Shown: positions 57,311 to 64,000 of the stretch, one piece after another | Layout of the letters: each line of letters opens with the position of its first letter | Numbering within the stretch: position 1 is the stretch's first letter | Assembly (NCBI RefSeq): GCF_009914755.1 | Contig: NC_060933.1 | Origin: the human T2T-CHM13v2.0 reference genome, Homo sapiens | Direction: 5' to 3' (one strand) | Length of the DNA stretch: 64,000 nucleotides | Program-made: the position numbers and the translations under genes | The notes under the pieces: generated by a model | Told to the model about the DNA's origin: nothing | The model's database searches: none | Seen by the model: the letters and a program-made list of their open reading frames with translations, nothing else

Positions 57311-57875
57311 CTACTGTTTTGGATTTTGATTCTGTTTCTTTTGTCCTGGTTTTCCCTTAGGAAAACTCCCTTCTCCAGTATCCACAACTGTTATCCTTTA
57401 TCTCACTGGATTGATCTATTTGGCGATTTCCTCTGAATTCTGGGAAAGTATCTCAAGTTTGCCCTCCACCTTACTGATTTTTATATTTCTCGGCTTTAAT
57501 TCTGCTCTCTACTACCTCCAATGCAGACTCCAGTTCTACTATTTGATATCTGGTTTTCTTGTCTGTCCTCTGTACCTCCTTCTCCATCTTATCCCACAAT
57601 AAATCAGAAACTTGCTTTTCCTCTGAGATTTCCAAAAGTAACTACCTTCCCGTTGTTCCTGAGTATTATGTCCTTGTAGCCTCTGTTGCACTTTGTCCAG
57701 ACTTGGTATTTCATTCACACACACTCAACAAATTGTTGAGCAAATTAGGTTGGGTTTTAGGTGATGGGAAACAGAAGAGTGACCAAGACAGACAGAAATT
57801 TCTGCTTCCTGGAGCTTACATTCTAATGGGAGGAGACAGATGATAAAACACCAGGTAAAATGAATAGAAGTCCAG

Positions 57876-58165
57876 ATATTGTTAGAGGTAACTAGTTAGG
57901 TCAAGGTCATACTAGAATAGGGGAGGCTCTTATCTAACATGATCAGTGTCCTAAAAAGACAATATAAAGAGAAGAGAGGACATGCCATGTGTGGCAGAGA
58001 TTGGTGTGATGCAGTGGTGAGCCACAAACTGCCAAGGATTACTGGTGACGCCAGCAGCCAAGAGAAAGGCAAGGAAGAGCCCTAAGCCTTCGAGAGAGTA
58101 CATTCTGTTGTTATAAACCACCTAGTTTGTGATACTTTGTCGCAGCAGTCCCAGGAAATGAAAAT
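57876..58165 (+). mobile_element. MLT1 LTR (internally deleted) within L2
   Basis: ggtcatactagaataggg...ctgttgttataaaccacctagtttgtgatactttgtcgcagcagtcccaggaaatga. Confidence 0.65.
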
Positions 58166-59945
58166 AGATATCAATCAGTGAAATGGAGGAGAAAATTAGC
58201 AGAAAGGGACAAGTGGGAGTTGGAGGAACAGGGATTTCAATTTTTAAATAAAGTGTTCAGGGAAAGCCTCGGGGAGAAGGGGATGACTGGACAAAGACTG
58301 CAAGAGGTACAAGAAGGAGCTGTGCAGGTGTCTGGGTGAGGGGAGCCTTTGCCAACAGATGAGTACTCTGTCATTAGTGCTGCTCTCCTGGCTTATGTGA
58401 TACTGAAATCCTTTCTCAGAAGTACGTGCAGAGCAGTGGAGAAAGCTGGGCCATGACATTGCCCAGACCTGGGTTTGAATCCCAACCCACCATTTTTCAG
58501 CTGGGTGTCTTGGGGTAGTTGCTAACCTCTTTGAGTCTCGAGTCCACATCTGTGAAACAGGGATACAAAAATTCCCTCCATCTGAGGGCTTTGGGGAGGA
58601 CGAATTGAGCAAATAAAGGTGAAGGGCTCTGCACAGGGCCTGGCCTGTGGTCAATGCACTGGAAAGGTGGCTATTTCGGCTGTTATTTTCATTATGGTTA
58701 ATGTCGTTGCTACTTCTGTTGGAGTTGGCTGGTTGATGGGTAGAGAGTCCAGTTCCATCTCCAGTTGCTCTGCTCTGCACACAAAGGTTCTTTAAACATT
58801 AAAGTCCATAGATGCTGGGCCTCTGGAGCTCAGGGAGCTATTTCAAGTGCCCACCATGGGGAGATGCCTCTGCATGTGGCAGGAGAATGTCAGCGCAGCT
58901 GCAGGCCCTCCCCTCCTCTCCCAACCCTGCCCCAGATGCTTCCTGCAGAGCAGCCACCCCACCCCTGAATCCTCCAGGCCCAACACAGCCTGTGACACTG
59001 CAGGGGGGAGACCTGGCTCCAGCCACCTGGGCTGTCAAGCAGGCCCTTCCCTGACTACTGTGTCCTCATCTGCAGAGGCTCCCAAGGCTGAAATGTGACC
59101 CGCAGGCTCTGTATCTGCTCTGGAGGAGGTGGTAGACAACTGATATGTTGCTTCCCTTGCTCCCCTTCTCTGGGCTTTGGGCTCCCCATCTGTGAACTGG
59201 AGGATTTAGAAGGCAACTGCTCTAAGCTGCTACCTGCTCTGACTGGTGTAACCTGGGACCCACACAAGACAGAAGGGACATATCTGCAGTTGGCATCTGG
59301 GGTCTCCATGCTAATGACTTTAAGTGAGGGCCTGAAGGAATGGAGGAGAGGGAAAGAGGAATTTGATAGCTCTGATGACACTGGCACCTGCTTACAAACC
59401 TCCAGGAAGTCCCCAGGATAACATATCAAACTTCTAAGCTTGGCATTCAAGGCTCCTGGGAACTGACTTCTGTTTCAGCCTCCCTTCTACCCCACTCCAG
59501 GTACTTCTGCCTCTGTGGAATTCCTGCTGATTCTAAGCCATGATGAGCATGGCTACCCTACCCTCTGATCTTCCCTCCTACCGTGCTGGGCTCCTGTAGG
59601 AGGGGATCCCTCTCTTCCTCCTCCACCAAATGTTGTCTCTTTTTGGAACCTTGTCTGAGCACTCTCCCCAGGTGGGATGAGTCACTTCCTCCCTTTGTTC
59701 CCAGGCCCCTTTGTTCCTGTTTCCCCTGAGAGGTCTCTGTCTTCTTCACCATGCTGGGAGTAACCTGAGGACAAGGTCAAGGCCGATGATGTCTATGAGC
59801 CCAAGAGAGGGTCTGGTGCGTAAAAGCTGTTTGAGAGAGTATGCAGAAGGAATGGACAAATGAAAATTAGAGACTGACTTACAACTGGGGAAACTTCTCG
59901 TTGACCCTTTCTGTTCCTAAAGAGAGTGTCACCGGATAGGGGTCA

Positions 59946-60434
<489 letters not shown>

Positions 60435-61038
60435 TCAGCAAAGAGAAAGCAGAGGGTGGGTGTGCTGGGGACCACAGGAAGGGCCAGTTCCGAGGGGTCA
60501 CCCTGGGGAAGTCAATTGGGCAAAGCGATTTTCTCTACCGACAATGCAAAGTGAGTGGTTTTGTTTTACATTATTAACTAGACCGCCCCATAAAAACTTG
60601 AGGATCCCCCAGTCCCACCCTGCAACTGACACATGGATACAAGGAGGCCAGACAGGGAAGGGACTTTCCAAGATTGCCCAGGGAGTTCCTGCAAGAGTCA
60701 AGATTAGCACCTTTGCTGGTGTTTCTCCACCACATCACACTGTCTCCAAATCAGGCTATTCAATTGTGTCTTTGTTAATATTTTGCACTATTTATTTGCA
60801 ACATTATTTCACTTTTATGGTGAGGAAATAGCTAAGATATTCAAAGACAATATAGAGTAAAGGAAAGAGGAAAGAAGTATGGAACCTGCCTATGATGTTA
60901 CACGTAACTATGTGTCTACTGACACTCAGAATGAGGAATATCTATGGATGTGAAAAGCAAAGGGCTGCAAACTCCAGTGTTACCAGGACCAGCCAGTGTG
61001 TGAACTAGCCTGTGTGGAAGGATATTACAGAATGATAG

Positions 61039-61206
61039 GGCTGGGCGTGGGCTCACACCTGTAATCCCAGAGCTTTGGGAGGCCAAGACGGGGGGCTTGC
61101 TTGAGCCCAGGAGTTCAAGACTGCAGTGAGCCGTGATCACGCCACCGTACTCCAGCCTGGGTGACAGAACAAGACCTTGTCTCAACAGAACAAAACAAAA
61201 CAAAAG
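61039..61206 (+). mobile_element. Alu monomer (FRAM-like, or left/right-arm recombinant)
   Basis: A single ~145-bp monomer followed by an (AAAAC)n tail. Confidence 0.8.
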
Positions 61207-61604
61207 ACAGTAATAGTTGGTTGCTGAGTTAGAATGTGGGTCAAGGGTTACCAGACCTTCTGATTTTTGAGGGGAGAAATCAGAAATTTAGACTTTTAAA
61301 ATATAAAATCCCCTAATTTTTAAATGTTGATACTATTTTGAATTAAAAAAAAAAGAAAGTAAGGATCAAACCAAATAAACTTAAAGTCTGTATCTGGCCT
61401 GTGGCCATGGCTGTGCACCCTCTGACATATAGCAATGGAAACTGGATTTTGGGTTTTAGTAGCAAGAACTAGGCTGGGGTTAGGGGATCCAGCTTCCAGG
61501 TCCTGCTCTATCACTGACTTGCTTGTGACCTCAATCTCTCGTGTGATTCTTCCCTTCTCTGGGCCTCAGTTTCTTCCGCTTTAGGAGATGCTTAAAGCAC
61601 TTCT

Positions 61605-62331
61605 TGTTCACACCCATTAGCATGGCTATTACCAAAAAGCAAAACCACAAGTGTTGGTGAAGATGTGGAGAAACTGGAACCCTTGTGTGTTGCTGGTGGA
61701 AATGTAAAATGCTGCCACTGCTGTGGAAAACAGTATAGCAGCCCCTCAAAAAAATAAATATAAAATTACCACATGATCCAGCAATTCCACTTCTGGGCAC
61801 GTACCCAAAAGAATTGGAAGCAGGGACTTGACAGACATTTTACACCCATGTTCATAAGAACATTTGTTCACTGCAGCTAAAAGGCAGAAGCAGCCCAAAC
61901 GTTCACTGCTCGATGAATGGATAAATGAATTGTGGTGTATACAGACAGTGAAATACTATTCAGCCTTCAAAAGGAATAAAATTCTGACACATGCTACAAC
62001 ATGGATGAGCCTTGAAGACATCATGCTACATGAAATAAGGCAGACACAAAAGGACAAATATTGTATGACTCTATTCATATGAGATACTCAGGTTAGTCAC
62101 ATTTATAGAGACAGAGAGTAGAATGGTGGTTACCAGCAGCTGAGGGAAGGAGGGGGTGGGGAGTGATTGTTTAATGGGCACAGAGTTTCAGTGTGGAATG
62201 AAAAAAAAAGTTCTGCAGATGCAGTAGTGATAGTTGCACAAACATGTGAACATACTGCTACTGAACTGTACCCTTATAAATGGCTAAAATGATAAATATT
62301 CTGCTATGTATATTGTATCACAATAAAAAAG
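61605..62331 (+). mobile_element. L1MA/MB 3' end
   Basis: gatgtggagaaactggaaccc...cagcaattccacttctggg...acatggatgagccttgaagacat...caataaaaaag. Confidence 0.85.
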
Positions 62332-63686
62332 AACTTCTTATTTCAACACTTGGTGGATCCTTGTAATGTATACATCAGAGCATTTTGGATAATCTGGCCT
62401 TAAATGTCACAGGATGGTCAACACCAAGGAAGGGAGACAAAACAGACTGTGATGGGAGCTGCCATCTTTTATTTCTTTGACAGAAATATGAAGCAAATGG
62501 AGCAAATGTGAACATGTAATCATTCTGGCTAGCAAGTCCTTGGGTGTTTATTTTATTCTGAATGCTTGAAATGCCTTGTGATCAATGTTTTGTAAAAAGA
62601 AAGATGCTGTCACAGTCAGCGTGAACCTTGTCCATCCTTCGTTTTTACCTCAATTTGATGGAAGATTGGTAACTAGTCAATGGGGGGAAAAAGTTAACTT
62701 TTCCATTAGAGTTTATTTCTGCTGTCTCAAATCCTTCTGGATACAGGTGGGCCCCATGATGAGTTTTGAGCAGCACGAGGTGTTGTGGAACAACAGTCAT
62801 TATTAAACAGGGAAAACATGCACATGTGGCCCTCCTGGGAGGAGCTCAATGCGTGAGCTCCTGGAAACGCACAGTCTAGCCTTGGCTCTCCACTTGCATG
62901 GCACCCACATTCCAAGAAACTACCCAAACTCTCAAGTCTCAGTTTTTACACCTATAAGATGGGGGCAATACAGCAAGTAGCTCATGGGGTTGACTCAAGG
63001 CTCAGCAAAAACACTGAATATGTGGAATGGCTTTGTAAACTCTAAAGTTCTACACACCACTTAGAAGTTGGAGTGATCATTCCCAGGCAAATGGCAAGGC
63101 ATCAAGGCTGCAGTAGCTTTGGTATCCACATGTGTGTATTAATGTGTGTATGAAAGCTATATATAAACATGGCAGAATAAAATGTTTTATAGGTGGTCAG
63201 AACTCAAAACGAATAGACAAAACACACCCTAGAGGTCATCTCATCCCTCCCCTCATTTCACAGATGAGGAAACTGAAGTGTGATTCCCAGTCCTGGCTGG
63301 CTCTTCTGGATTCTGCCAGATGTGGACAGTTTCGGAGGCCCGATGAACCAGAACAGGCCAGAACAGATGGTCAGTGAGGTCAGCCACTCACCGCCCATAA
63401 TCTCAGCACCAAGGAGTCTATGCTCACCTCAAGTATTTATCCTAATGGACTTTCTGGGGAAAGCAAATGGAGGCAGTCAGTAATATTATAAATGGCATTT
63501 TAAAGTGACAAAAGCATGGAAAAGAAATAATGTAATAGATCTTCCTCACAAGGGAAAACAATTTACATGCTCCTTAAGTGGGTAGAAAGACCCTTTAGTG
63601 CACTGATGGAAGATTTACTAAGAAAATTTATAAATGCCTAGGTTTCCTTCTGGAACTGCAGTTATCTCTTGTTTAAAACAGAGCCA

Positions 63687-64000
<314 letters not shown>

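Noticed and set aside
63402-63422. REST/RE1-like site CTCAGCACCAAGGAGTC (also a half-site TTCAGCACC at ~44938)
   Set aside because: Only the left half matches and the GGACAG half is broken, so it is too weak without ChIP data.

Overview
This is human genomic DNA from inside GABBR2 (GABA-B receptor subunit 2), which is transcribed on the minus strand. The window holds four consecutive coding exons at 60330-60431, 44834-44899, 37048-37248 and 17882-18118. By recalled numbering these are exons 4-7, aa 211-412 of the extracellular Venus-flytrap domain. All four are GT-AG and phase 0-0. The rest is intron, filled with Alu, L1M, L2/MIR, L3, MaLR/ERVL LTRs, hAT MERs, microsatellites and one full-length old SVA. 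I found no evidence for a new gene, RNA gene or multi-gene system, and most ORFs in the track derive from repeats. The most notable structures are: (i) an SVA with a 52-bp 3' transduction inside its 16-bp TSDs; (ii) two retro-insertions stacked at one target site (triplicated TSD) just after exon 7, one bringing a sense-strand AATAAA; (iii) four local templated copy events in intron 6; (iv) a young AluYa4/Ya5-like insertion; (v) an Alu orientation pattern around four symmetric exons that is compatible with stop-free circRNAs. Repeat family names come from recalled consensus sequences, and boundaries of old repeats are approximate.
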